A DNA stretch of 64,000 nucleotides, from contig MGFX01000006.1 of NCBI GenBank assembly GCA_001792115.1, positions 82,537-146,536 of the forward strand, written 5' to 3'. This document shows positions 9,438 to 19,084 of this stretch, piece by piece. Under the pieces are notes generated by a model. That model ran no database searches. It was not told the origin of the DNA and saw only the letters and a list, made by a program, of their open reading frames with translations. The DNA is from Candidatus Woesebacteria bacterium RBG_16_42_24. GTDB taxonomy: Bacteria; Patescibacteriota; Microgenomatia; UBA8517. Every line of letters starts with the position of its first letter. Position 1 is the stretch's first letter. The translations under genes were made by a program, and so were the position numbers.

Positions 9438-11534
9438 ATGGCTACTCCGGATGTTGGTCCGAGTAGGATAGAGGACAGAGAACAGTTATCTTCAAGAGAG
9501 TTTTTTTTAAAACGATTTAGTAGTTTTGTGTCTGTTCTTTCGGATGTCGAAGCAGGTCTTCCTACGTCAAATAAGGATAGGTTGGATCAAATCAACACAA
9601 TAATAACAAAGTATTTGGAAAAAGACATTACAGAATTACCGATACAAGAGGGACAACTTCTACGCACTATTTATGGACTTTGGTCTTTGAAAAACGATAT
9701 TCCTCAGGAGGCACATTTACCGGAGTTGCGACCCTTCGTTTCTGGAAAAGGGTTGCAAGAGCTTTCTATGGAAATGGGTGGCCCAATAGCGTCTGCAAAG
9801 TCGACCTTGGCTAGATTTTTAGCTGACGAAATTGGTGCCAAAGTTGAAGAGGAAAGATTTGATCCTTCCGGAAATCCATTTTTGGATAAAGCATACAAGG
9901 ATCCTGGTTATATGCTTCGAACGCAAGTTAAATTTTTGCTTGACAACATTTTAGTTGGGCTTCGAGGCAAATTTTATGAGGGCAGGTGGGTAAGAGATAC
10001 AAGCGTTCTATCGGATATCCACGTTTTTATGGAATGGAGGAGAAGGGCGGGAATTGTAACAGAAGAGGAGCACAAGGCCTATATGGACGTTGTAAGACTA
10101 TTAAAACCTTTGATTACAAAACCTGACCTGCTTATTCTTCTTGTTCCCAATTCCGGCGAGAGGCTTATGGAAGGTCTTTGGGAAAGGATAAAAGATAATC
10201 CCGAGGAGAGGAAAATGGAAGAGGGAATTAGTCAAGAAGATTTGGACATCTGTATTCAAGCCACTAAAGACGCTGCTGCTATAATTCGGGAAGAATTTGG
10301 AATTCAAGTGCATGTTTTGGAAATAGACCCTGTGGAGGTTTATAAAGAGCCCAGCTTAAGGTATGCGGCGGTTTATAAAATAAGAGAACAGTTGGGGCTT
10401 CTAAAAGAACTTCTTCTAAAAGATCCGAATAAAGTAGCTGCCGATATTGTTAAGATTTTTGCAACGTCTCATGAACCCCAAGTTGTAATAGTGCATAGCC
10501 CCAGTATGTTTACGGGGAAAACCTCAACACTCAATTTTGTGGCAGAGATGGTTGGACGCGAAAAGGTGGTTTCTTTTCAACCCGCAGCCGCTCTTCGCTA
10601 CGGAGAAGAACATATCTATAACATGATAGACAGGGACGGAAGAAAAATTCCCGCATTTACGACTCAAAGTAATCGCTTAAGAGACATTTTAACCGAGATA
10701 GACCAAAGGGGTATGACACCTAGGGAACACCCGCTTATTTTCATTGACGAAGTGATGTTCTATACCGAAAGCAGCTCCGAAGAGGCAATCGGAGTAATCG
10801 AAGATCTAAGAAGCCGAGGGTTTAATGTAATTTGCGACGGAATTGATTACACTTTCCAAGAGGAACCTTTCACTTTTAGCCATGAGCTGGTTGCCAGATC
10901 TTTCGGCGACGGCAACTGGCACGAAATAGAACTTGCGACACGGTGTAAATACTGCGATAAACAGGCTAGAGGTACAAGGAGGCTAACCCCAGACGGATCA
11001 ATTGCAGATTTTAGTGACACCGCCTACCAGGCAGGAGACAATTATGAACCGGTTTGCTGCGACAGGGACAAAAGTTGTGTTGGACAACCCAAGGATTTTC
11101 AGAGAAAAAGTATCGAGGTAACCGAGCCAATTCCAGAAAGAAAAGGTCCCCGAGTAAAGATTACAAAAAATAATATACCTGAATATGAAGCCAGAAATAA
11201 AGAATCGGTGGAGATAAGTAAAAATATTTCCCTTTGGGTCGATACTGCTGTTAGGATATTGCAAGACACTGGGGATTTTGACGCCTTCTTTTCATCGATG
11301 GTCGAGTTCTATGAAGACCTTAAGAGGACATATAACCATGACGATCAGCGTGTCCACCCCTTTGTTTTATTAACACCACTTACCGACTTGATAGAGGAAG
11401 AGTGGCCGGAAGGAAACACGGCAATAATTCGTGGGGCTGAAAAGTTGGGAATAACACCCCACCCAAATTATAATGGCAAAAGGCTAAGGGCTACCAATGT
11501 CCTAGCCGAAATTTTGGTAAAAAGCAAGCTTTAA
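9438..11534 (+). CDS. Deoxynucleoside kinase + thymidine kinase fusion with extra N- and C-terminal domains
   Basis: dNK part: GPIASAKST, NPFLDKAY, KPDLLILL. TK part: SMFTGKT, FIDEVMF, GIDYTFQEEPF, CKYC, YEPVC. ATG 9438 is directly after the thyX stop. Confidence 0.8.
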   Translation: MATPDVGPSRIEDREQLSSREFFLKRFSSFVSVLSDVEAGLPTSNKDRLDQINTIITKYLEKDITELPIQEGQLLRTIYGLWSLKNDIPQEAHLPELRPFVSGKGLQELSMEMGGPIASAKSTLARFLADEIGAKVEEERFDPSGNPFLDKAYKDPGYMLRTQVKFLLDNILVGLRGKFYEGRWVRDTSVLSDIHVFMEWRRRAGIVTEEEHKAYMDVVRLLKPLITKPDLLILLVPNSGERLMEGLWERIKDNPEERKMEEGISQEDLDICIQATKDAAAIIREEFGIQVHVLEIDPVEVYKEPSLRYAAVYKIREQLGLLKELLLKDPNKVAADIVKIFATSHEPQVVIVHSPSMFTGKTSTLNFVAEMVGREKVVSFQPAAALRYGEEHIYNMIDRDGRKIPAFTTQSNRLRDILTEIDQRGMTPREHPLIFIDEVMFYTESSSEEAIGVIEDLRSRGFNVICDGIDYTFQEEPFTFSHELVARSFGDGNWHEIELATRCKYCDKQARGTRRLTPDGSIADFSDTAYQAGDNYEPVCCDRDKSCVGQPKDFQRKSIEVTEPIPERKGPRVKITKNNIPEYEARNKESVEISKNISLWVDTAVRILQDTGDFDAFFSSMVEFYEDLKRTYNHDDQRVHPFVLLTPLTDLIEEEWPEGNTAIIRGAEKLGITPHPNYNGKRLRATNVLAEILVKSKL

Positions 11535-11550
11535 ACTATAATATCCCCAT

Positions 11551-12444
11551 ATGCAAAAATTGGTCGAATGTGTGCCAAATTTTTCGGAAGGTAGAAGAAT
11601 TTCGGTAATAAAGAAGATTGCAAACTCCGCCAAGAAAATTTCTGGAGTAAGGGTTTTAGACGTGGAATGGGATAAATCTCATAACCGTTCGTTAGTTACA
11701 ATTGTTGGAGCTCCCGAACCTGTACTTAAGGCCGCGTACGAAATGATTAAAACGGCAACAGAATTTATTGATATGAGGCAACACAAAGGGGAGCATCCGA
11801 GAATCGGAGCGACCGACGTTGTTCCCTTTGTTCCTGTTTCGGGTGTAACACTCGATGAATGCGTACTTTTATCGAATAAACTAGCTCAAAAAGTTGCCAA
11901 AGAACTCAAAATTCCGGTTTATTTGTATGAAGCAGCTGCAAAAAGATCCGATAGGGTAAATTTGGCAGACGTTAGACGAGGGGAATACGAGGGTTTAAGT
12001 AAGGAAATAGGGACAAATCCCGATAGAAAACCAGATTACGGTCCGTCAAAAATGCACCCCACAGCTGGAGCAATGGTAGTGGGAGCTAGAAAATACTTAA
12101 TTGCATATAATGTAAATCTGGATACTAAGGATGTTGGAATTGCCAAAAAAATTGCATCAAAGATCCGTGAGAAAAGCGGAGGACTCTCGGGAGTTAAGGC
12201 TCTGGGATTTGAAGTTGGAGGATTCGCTCAGGTTTCAATGAATTTGGTTGACTTTGAAAAAACCAATTTCGACCAAGCGTATCGTACAATCGAAAAAGAA
12301 GCGAAGAAACTCAAAGTTGGCATAAAAAGTTCAGAAATTTATGGCATGATTCCGCTTGAAGCGATTGTTCGTGCTATAAAAACTACCTTTATGGCAGAGA
12401 AGTTTAACCCAGACCAGCTTCTCGAAAAGAGGTTATACGAATAA
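11551..12444 (+). CDS. Glutamate formiminotransferase
   Basis: ECVPNFSEGR, HNRS, HPRIGATDVVPFVP and RRGEYEGL motifs. Confidence 0.95.
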   Translation: MQKLVECVPNFSEGRRISVIKKIANSAKKISGVRVLDVEWDKSHNRSLVTIVGAPEPVLKAAYEMIKTATEFIDMRQHKGEHPRIGATDVVPFVPVSGVTLDECVLLSNKLAQKVAKELKIPVYLYEAAAKRSDRVNLADVRRGEYEGLSKEIGTNPDRKPDYGPSKMHPTAGAMVVGARKYLIAYNVNLDTKDVGIAKKIASKIREKSGGLSGVKALGFEVGGFAQVSMNLVDFEKTNFDQAYRTIEKEAKKLKVGIKSSEIYGMIPLEAIVRAIKTTFMAEKFNPDQLLEKRLYE

Positions 12445-12506
12445 AATAAAATTCTAGAGGACTAATGTATGATAAGATGATATATCATACATAAGGGGTA
12501 GATTAA

Positions 12507-13016
12507 ATGAAAATAGGAAATCAAAAAATAAATAAATTTCTTGAAGAGTTGGGAAATTCTTCTCCGACGCCGGGGGGAGGAGCAGTCGCGGCATTGGTTG
12601 GGGCAATGGCCGCATCGCTTGTTGAAATGGTTGCCAATTTGACGATTGGGAAGAAGGGATATGAAAAACAGCAAAAAGATATAGAGATATTAAGATATAA
12701 AGCGATAAAGGCAAAGAACGAACTTTTGGAGCTTGCTGATGAAGACGTTTTGGCATTTAACCAGGTTATGGCCGCCTATAAGTCAAAAGATAAGAATAGG
12801 ATTAGAGAAGCGCTTGTTTACGCCATAAAAATCCCAGGCAGAACTGTTAAATTGTCAAAAGACGTCGCAGAACTTGCAAAGGAAATTTCTAAAATCGGAA
12901 ACAAAAATGCATTTTCTGATGCTAAAAGCGCCCTTCACCTGGCAAAAGCCGCGGTCGAATCAGCAAAAGAAAATATCAAAATAAACAAGGTAGCATTGAA
13001 AAGTCTTAATTCTTAA
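12507..13016 (+). CDS. Formimino-THF cyclodeaminase / methenyl-THF cyclohydrolase family protein
   Basis: PTPGGGAVAA, MVANLT and GNKNAFSDA motifs. Confidence 0.9.
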   Translation: MKIGNQKINKFLEELGNSSPTPGGGAVAALVGAMAASLVEMVANLTIGKKGYEKQQKDIEILRYKAIKAKNELLELADEDVLAFNQVMAAYKSKDKNRIREALVYAIKIPGRTVKLSKDVAELAKEISKIGNKNAFSDAKSALHLAKAAVESAKENIKINKVALKSLNS

Positions 13017-13100
13017 GTTATAATTTTGGCTTACACACATCGGCCAGGCTTCCTGGATTCTTCCGGTCGATGGCGGTTTAAGGAGGCAAAGCTTAATTCC
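12996..13100 (+). promoter_or_regulatory. rpsB promoter and putative S2 autoregulatory leader
   Basis: TTGAAA-17 nt-TATAAT (12996-13024), then ACACAC, hairpin catcggcc/ggtcgatg and GGAGGC. Confidence 0.5.
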
Positions 13101-13118
13101 TAATGTCTAATTAAAAAA

Positions 13119-13829
13119 ATGGCTATAAACATTTCGCTAAAAGAGCTTTTGCAGTCTGGTGCCCATTTTGGTCACCAGGCCAGGCGTTGGAATCCCAAGA
13201 TGGCTCCTTATCTTTATGGGGTGGAAGAGGGAGTGCACATTTTTGACTTGACTAAGACCAAAGAGGCTTTGGAAGAAGCCCTCCAGTTCCTTACGCAAAC
13301 GGTAAAAGAAAACAAGGTAGTTCTTCTAGTTGGTACTAAAAAACAGGCTAAAGACAAGGTTAAAGAAATCGCGCTTGCCTGCGGTATTCCTTATGTTTCT
13401 GAAAGATGGCTCGGTGGGACTCTTACTAATTTCGAAGAAATAAGGCGTTCAATTGCCAGACTTAAGGAGTCGAAAGAGAAAATGGCAAAGGGAGAATATG
13501 CCAAATTTACTAAAAAGGAGAGACTTCTTATTGAGCGCGACATGGAGAGGATGGAGAGATTTCTCGGTGGAATTTCCGAGCTTACCGGCAAGCCCGACGT
13601 GCTTTTTGTGGTGGACACTCACAAAGAAATCGGTGCGGTCAAAGAAGCATCCAAAATGGGAGTAACATTAGTTGGAATCGTAGATTCGAATTCTGATCCA
13701 ACCCTGATTGATTACCCAATTCCCATGAATGATGATGCAGCAAAAGCGGTTGAGTATGTGCTAGATTTAGTTAAAGAGGCGATTTTAGCTGGAAAGAAAA
13801 AGGTCAAGAAGGTAGAAAGTAGCAAGTAG
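13119..13829 (+). CDS. rpsB: 30S ribosomal protein S2
   Basis: GAHFGHQARRWNPKM and RWLGGTLTN motifs. Confidence 0.98.
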   Translation: MAINISLKELLQSGAHFGHQARRWNPKMAPYLYGVEEGVHIFDLTKTKEALEEALQFLTQTVKENKVVLLVGTKKQAKDKVKEIALACGIPYVSERWLGGTLTNFEEIRRSIARLKESKEKMAKGEYAKFTKKERLLIERDMERMERFLGGISELTGKPDVLFVVDTHKEIGAVKEASKMGVTLVGIVDSNSDPTLIDYPIPMNDDAAKAVEYVLDLVKEAILAGKKKVKKVESSK

Positions 13830-13837
13830 AATGTAGT

Positions 13838-14299
13838 ATGGGAAAAATATCTTTGGATTTAATTAGAAAATTAAAAGTAGAGACCGGGGCCCCCGTCATA
13901 AGGGTGAAAAAAGTATTGGAGGAAGTTGGGGGAGGCGAGAAAAAAGCTTTCGAGATACTCCAAAAAGAGGGATTCGAGAGGGCAGCCACAAAGCAAGGTC
14001 GGGAAACTTCGCAAGGACTAGTGGAGACTTATGTTCACCACTCCGGAAAAATAGTGAGCGTAGTTGAACTATTCTGCGAGACGGACTTTGTGGCAAGGAA
14101 TGAACTTTTCAAAAACCTTGCACATGATTTAGCCCTTCAGGTTGCCTCAATGGGGGCCAAAGACGCTAACGACCTTATCGGGCAAGAATTCATAAGGGAT
14201 CCAAATAAGAAAGTAGGAGACCTTGTCAAGGAAGTTATCGCCAAAACCGGAGAAAACGTTCGCATAGGTAGAATATATCGTGTAGAATTGGGTAAATAA
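13838..14299 (+). CDS. tsf: Elongation factor Ts (short form)
   Basis: ELFCETDFVARN motif; follows rpsB; only 153 aa. Confidence 0.93.
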   Translation: MGKISLDLIRKLKVETGAPVIRVKKVLEEVGGGEKKAFEILQKEGFERAATKQGRETSQGLVETYVHHSGKIVSVVELFCETDFVARNELFKNLAHDLALQVASMGAKDANDLIGQEFIRDPNKKVGDLVKEVIAKTGENVRIGRIYRVELGK

Positions 14300-14853
14300 T
14301 GGACGAAGGTGCTATTCGTTCACGGATGCAGCAAGTTATTGCGCTTGTGGAATCTGATGTCGCCTCAATTAGAACCGGTCGTGCAACTCCCGCCTTGATA
14401 GAAAAACTCGAGGTAGCTGTTTACGGAGGTCAGCAGAAACTCAAGGTTCAGGAACTCGCGACAATTTCAGCCCCAGACTCCCAAACTTTAGTAGTAGACC
14501 CCTGGGATAAATCTATTATTGGTGAAATTAGCAAAGGAATATTAGTGGCAAATGTTGGAATGAATCCCTCAATCGACGGGGAAATAATAAGAATCTCATT
14601 CCCTCCTCTAACTACAGAGGATAGGCAAAAGTATGTCAAACTTCTTTCGACAAAGCTTGAGGGAGCAAGGGTGATGATGAGGCAGATTCGGGGGGATGCG
14701 ATGCACGAGATTAAGAAGAAATTCGGGGCTAAAGAGATTACGGAGGATGATAAGTTTGGTCAGGAAAAACGCCTCCAGGGGTTAACCGATGAGATGATTG
14801 GAAAAATTGAAGAGATGGGAGAGAGGAAGAAACAAGAGTTACTCCAAATCTAG
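14299..14853 (+). CDS. frr: Ribosome recycling factor
   Basis: IRTGRATP and PPLTTEDR motifs. Confidence 0.96.
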   Translation: MDEGAIRSRMQQVIALVESDVASIRTGRATPALIEKLEVAVYGGQQKLKVQELATISAPDSQTLVVDPWDKSIIGEISKGILVANVGMNPSIDGEIIRISFPPLTTEDRQKYVKLLSTKLEGARVMMRQIRGDAMHEIKKKFGAKEITEDDKFGQEKRLQGLTDEMIGKIEEMGERKKQELLQI

Positions 14854-14911
14854 ATTTTCTAAAACTATTTGCTTAAACCTTACTACATGCTACATAATAC
14901 TTGCTACAACA

Positions 14912-16000
14912 ATGTCGTCAATTTTGGTTTTTCTAGCGGTTCTATCCGTCCTAGTTCTCGTACATGAACTCGGACATTTTATAGTGGCGAGACTCGCCGG
15001 CGTATGGGTTGAAGAATTTGGTTTTGGACTGCCACCGAGAGTAATCGGCAAGAAAATCGGCCAAACCATCTACTCAATTAATCTTTTCCCTTTTGGTGGA
15101 TTTGTCAGGCTTCATGGAGAAAGTTCTGAGCAAGGAATAAAAAAACCTACAAAAGCCTTTTTGTTTAAGGGCAAGATGGTAAGACTCGGAATACTTTTTG
15201 CTGGAGTGCTAATGAATTTCTTGCTCGCAACTGTCGCCTTCGGCATAGTTTACTCCATAGCCGGAATTCCCAGAGAAAGTAAAAATGTGAAGATAGTGGA
15301 TGTAGCGCCTGGCGGCCCAGCTCAAACATCGGGCTTATTGGTCGGAGACATTATTAGTAAAGTTGGGGAAGAAGAGATAGAAACGACAGAGGAATTTATC
15401 AGTTTGATAGAACTTGAGAAAGGTAAGAAAACACAAGTTGAACTCGGAGACGGAAAGATAGTTACCCTAGTTCCTAGAGAAAATCCGCCCGAAGGTGAGG
15501 GCCCCTTAGGAGTTGCCATCTCGAGTATTGAAATTTATTATCCACCCCTCTGGCAGAGGCCCTTTTACGGGGCTTATTATGGTTTCCAAGACGCAATCTA
15601 TTGGGGAAGGCAGGTTGTTGGAGGGATAGGTATGGTATTAAACGGGCTTTCAAAGGGAGAAGTCCCGAGTGATCTTGCGGGCCCAGTTGGAATATATGCT
15701 TTGACCTCGGAGGTTAGTAAAGTTGGTACGCTTGCTCTCATACACTTTGTAGGAATTCTTTCTGTCAACCTTGCAATACTTAACATCTTGCCATTTCCGG
15801 CGCTTGATGGAGGAAGAGTTGTGTTTGTGATTATCGAATCCTTAATTGGCAAAAGAGTTACTCCAAGGCTCGAAGCAGCATTCCATACAGTTGGCATGGC
15901 TATCCTCCTTTTTTTGCTCTTAGCTATAACGGCAAGAGACATTCAAAGATTAATAAAAGCTGGGTCTCTCACTGGCTTTGTCGAAGGGGTTTTGAGATAA
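14912..16000 (+). CDS. rseP: RIP metalloprotease RseP (M50 with PDZ)
   Basis: HELGH and NILPFPALDGG motifs plus a PDZ segment. Confidence 0.94.
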   Translation: MSSILVFLAVLSVLVLVHELGHFIVARLAGVWVEEFGFGLPPRVIGKKIGQTIYSINLFPFGGFVRLHGESSEQGIKKPTKAFLFKGKMVRLGILFAGVLMNFLLATVAFGIVYSIAGIPRESKNVKIVDVAPGGPAQTSGLLVGDIISKVGEEEIETTEEFISLIELEKGKKTQVELGDGKIVTLVPRENPPEGEGPLGVAISSIEIYYPPLWQRPFYGAYYGFQDAIYWGRQVVGGIGMVLNGLSKGEVPSDLAGPVGIYALTSEVSKVGTLALIHFVGILSVNLAILNILPFPALDGGRVVFVIIESLIGKRVTPRLEAAFHTVGMAILLFLLLAITARDIQRLIKAGSLTGFVEGVLR

Positions 16001-16007
16001 TTTGCTT

Positions 16008-17255
16008 ATGCTTCAGTCCAAAATATTTCCAAAAACAAGAAAAGAGGCTCCCAAAGAAGCGGAGAGCGTTAATCATAAACTTCTAGTCAGGGCAGGATTT
16101 ATTGACCAGCTCATGGCGGGTTCATGGACACTCTTACCTCTCGGCTGGAGAGTAGTTACCAAGATAAACCAAATAATTCGAGAAGAAATGAATGCAATTG
16201 GCGGGCAGGAGATGCTTATGCCCCTTCTTCATCCTAGAGAGATTTGGGGGGAAACTGGCCGTTGGGGAAGTTCAAAAGACAATCCTCTCGGCGCCCAGGA
16301 AATAATGTATCAATTCAAAGATATTAGGGGTAGGGAGTTTGCACTATCCTTTACCCACGAAGAAATTGTAATGGATTTACTTCGTAAAAACATAAAAAGC
16401 TACGTAGACCTTCCTCTTTATGTCTATCATTTTTCGACAAAATTCAGGAATGAACCAAGGGCAAGATCCGGTATTTTAAGGGCCAGAGAATTTATGATGA
16501 AAGACCTTTACTCGGCTCACGTCTCTGAAGATGATTTGATGGATTTTTATGAGAAGGCAAAGCGTGCATATTCTAAAATCTTTACAAGGTTGGGATTTGA
16601 TTTTAGGATAACCGAAGCTTCTGGTGGAGTTTTTACCACAAATAGGACTCACGAATTTCAGGTACTCGCTAATACCGGAGAAGATATAATTTTTTATTGC
16701 GATAAATGCGATTGGGGCCAAAACAAGGAAATTTTTAATGGGAAGGCTGGGCGAAAATGCCCCAAATGTAAAAATGGTAAGGTAATTGAAGCAAAAGCGA
16801 TTGAGGTAGGAAATATCTTTCCACTTGGGACTTGGTATGCCGAGAGGATGAGGGTTTATTACACCGATAAAACTGGGATGAAGAAGCCGGTTTGGTTCGG
16901 AAGCTATGGCATTGGGCCAACCAGAGTCCTTGGAGCTCTTGTTGAAGTTTCGCACGATGAGGATGGAATTATTTGGAACCCAGTGGTTGCCCCATTTGAT
17001 ATTCACCTTATAGAACTTCCAGGAGGAAAGGCGAAAGAAGTATACGAAAGACTTACTAAGGAAGGAAGAGATGTGCTCTGGGACGATCGTGACGTTGCCG
17101 CTGGAGAGAAGTTTGTAGACTCGGACCTCATTGGAATCCCGGTCCGCCTAGTAGTTTCCGAAAAAACCGGAGACAAAATCGAGTGGAAAGAAAGAACTTC
17201 GGAAAAGATAGAAACTTTATCCCTTGAAGAAATACTTCAAAGCTTAAGAAAGTAA
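16008..17255 (+). CDS. proS: Proline--tRNA ligase (no INS editing domain)
   Basis: THEE, KFRNEPRARSGILRAREF, EVGNIF and GSYGIG motifs. Confidence 0.94.
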   Translation: MLQSKIFPKTRKEAPKEAESVNHKLLVRAGFIDQLMAGSWTLLPLGWRVVTKINQIIREEMNAIGGQEMLMPLLHPREIWGETGRWGSSKDNPLGAQEIMYQFKDIRGREFALSFTHEEIVMDLLRKNIKSYVDLPLYVYHFSTKFRNEPRARSGILRAREFMMKDLYSAHVSEDDLMDFYEKAKRAYSKIFTRLGFDFRITEASGGVFTTNRTHEFQVLANTGEDIIFYCDKCDWGQNKEIFNGKAGRKCPKCKNGKVIEAKAIEVGNIFPLGTWYAERMRVYYTDKTGMKKPVWFGSYGIGPTRVLGALVEVSHDEDGIIWNPVVAPFDIHLIELPGGKAKEVYERLTKEGRDVLWDDRDVAAGEKFVDSDLIGIPVRLVVSEKTGDKIEWKERTSEKIETLSLEEILQSLRK

Positions 17256-17299
17256 AGTTGAAAGCTCGGGATCCGCTGTGTTAACATTTTCACTACCTA

Positions 17300-19084
17300 A
17301 TGTGCGGCGTTTTCGGTTACTCAGGAGAAGAGAAAGAAGATCTTGCGGGCTATATTTTAGAGGGTCTTAAGAAACTTGAATACAGGGGCTACGATTCTTC
17401 GGGGATTGCGGTTTTTAAAAAAGGGAAAGTTAGGATAATAAAAGAGGTTGGGGAGCTTGCTAACCTCAGAAAACGCCTCAAAGGAAAGCATCTTTCCGGA
17501 AATTTGGGAATAGGCCATACCCGCTGGGCCACACACGGAGGAGTGACCAGAAAAAATGCTCATCCGCATACCGATTGCCTGGGAAAAATCGCCGTTGTCC
17601 ACAACGGGATAATGGAAAACTACGAAGAGATAAAACAAAAGCTTCTTGGGTTGGGTCACAAATTCAAATCCGAAACCGATACCGAGATTTTCCCGCATCT
17701 TATTGAAGAAAAAATAAAAAAAGATAGGAATTTGTCTTTTTCCGAGGCCGTAAGATTAAGTTTTAACCAAATCGAGGGGCTCAATGCCGTTTGTGCATGT
17801 TGTTCCGACGGAGAAATAGTGGCTTTTAGAAAAGGCTCGCCTTTGGTTGCGGGATTGGGAGAAAAGGGAAATTTTGTAAGTTCCGATATTCCGGGCTTGA
17901 GTTGCCTTACCAGAAAAATAGTAATTTTGGAGGAGGGGGAGGGCGTAAGCGTTACAAAAGAACGCGTGGTTAAAATAAACTCCAAAACGGGCAAGAGAGC
18001 TTTAGCTAAGGAAACCTTTGTGGATATGGAAGAAAAAGAGGCGGCCAGAGGAAATTTTCCCTACTTTCTCATTAAGGAAATTTTTGAACAACCCGAGGTC
18101 GTTGCCAGGGTCGCGGCAAGTGACAAAAAAGAAATTAAGAAAGCAGTCGAAATGATTAAAAAATCTTGGGGAACTTATTTTACGGCCTGTGGAACGGCAG
18201 CCCATTCAGGACTTGCAGCAACTTATATGTTTTCTGAAATCGCCAAAAGGCACGTTAATTTTGCCTTTGGCAGCGAGTTTCCTTATTTTAACGACTTTTT
18301 AGTTCCTAAATCTCTTCTTATTGCTGCATCTCAGTCCGGAGAAACTATGGATACTTTGGAGGCGGTAAGGGCAGCCAAGAAAAAAGGTGCTAAAGTTTTG
18401 TCTTTGGTCAATGTTCCCAGCTCCACATTAACCCGGCTTTCGGATAAAACAATACTTCTTAAGGCAGGACCAGAAAGGGCGGTATTATCGACAAAATCGT
18501 ATATCGCCAAATTGTCCTTTTTCCTTCTTTTTGCCTATGCTATTGCCGGGAGGTTGAATTTGGGAATAAAAATTTTGCAAGAAACCTCCAAAGAAATGGT
18601 CAGAATGCTTAAAAGGGGCTTAGAGGCAAAAATGAAAAAACTTGCCAAGAAACTCTCCGGTTGCGAGCACATTTATATCATCGGAAGGGGAGTAAATTAC
18701 GCAACGGCCCTAGAAGGTGCCCTTAAAATCAAGGAGGCAAGCTATATCCATGCAGAAGGATTTCCCGCGGGGGAGTTAAAGCATGGTGTTATTGCGCTTA
18801 TTGAGCCGGGAACTCCTTGTTTCTGCATTATAGCGAAAGACAGAGCAAAAGAGGCAGTGCTATCTAACGCAATGGAGTTAAAAAGTCGAGGGGGTTATAT
18901 AATTGGAATTTCTTCCGAAAGGCAAAGCGTTTTTGATGTGTGGATACAAGTTCCGGAGGTGGGGGCAGCCTCGCCGATTGTTAGTATTATCCCCATGCAA
19001 CTTTTGGCGTATCATCTGACCCTGATTAAAGGCTATAATCCCGATAGACCAAGAAATTTGGCAAAATCGGTTACAGTTAGATGA
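17300..19084 (+). CDS. glmS: Glutamine--fructose-6-phosphate aminotransferase
   Basis: MCG N-terminus, GHTRWATHG, SQSGET and PRNLAKSVTV motifs. Confidence 0.98.
   Translation: MCGVFGYSGEEKEDLAGYILEGLKKLEYRGYDSSGIAVFKKGKVRIIKEVGELANLRKRLKGKHLSGNLGIGHTRWATHGGVTRKNAHPHTDCLGKIAVVHNGIMENYEEIKQKLLGLGHKFKSETDTEIFPHLIEEKIKKDRNLSFSEAVRLSFNQIEGLNAVCACCSDGEIVAFRKGSPLVAGLGEKGNFVSSDIPGLSCLTRKIVILEEGEGVSVTKERVVKINSKTGKRALAKETFVDMEEKEAARGNFPYFLIKEIFEQPEVVARVAASDKKEIKKAVEMIKKSWGTYFTACGTAAHSGLAATYMFSEIAKRHVNFAFGSEFPYFNDFLVPKSLLIAASQSGETMDTLEAVRAAKKKGAKVLSLVNVPSSTLTRLSDKTILLKAGPERAVLSTKSYIAKLSFFLLFAYAIAGRLNLGIKILQETSKEMVRMLKRGLEAKMKKLAKKLSGCEHIYIIGRGVNYATALEGALKIKEASYIHAEGFPAGELKHGVIALIEPGTPCFCIIAKDRAKEAVLSNAMELKSRGGYIIGISSERQSVFDVWIQVPEVGAASPIVSIIPMQLLAYHLTLIKGYNPDRPRNLAKSVTVR

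Noticed and set aside
17256-17299. glmS ribozyme
   Set aside because: The intergenic gap is too short and no consensus is visible
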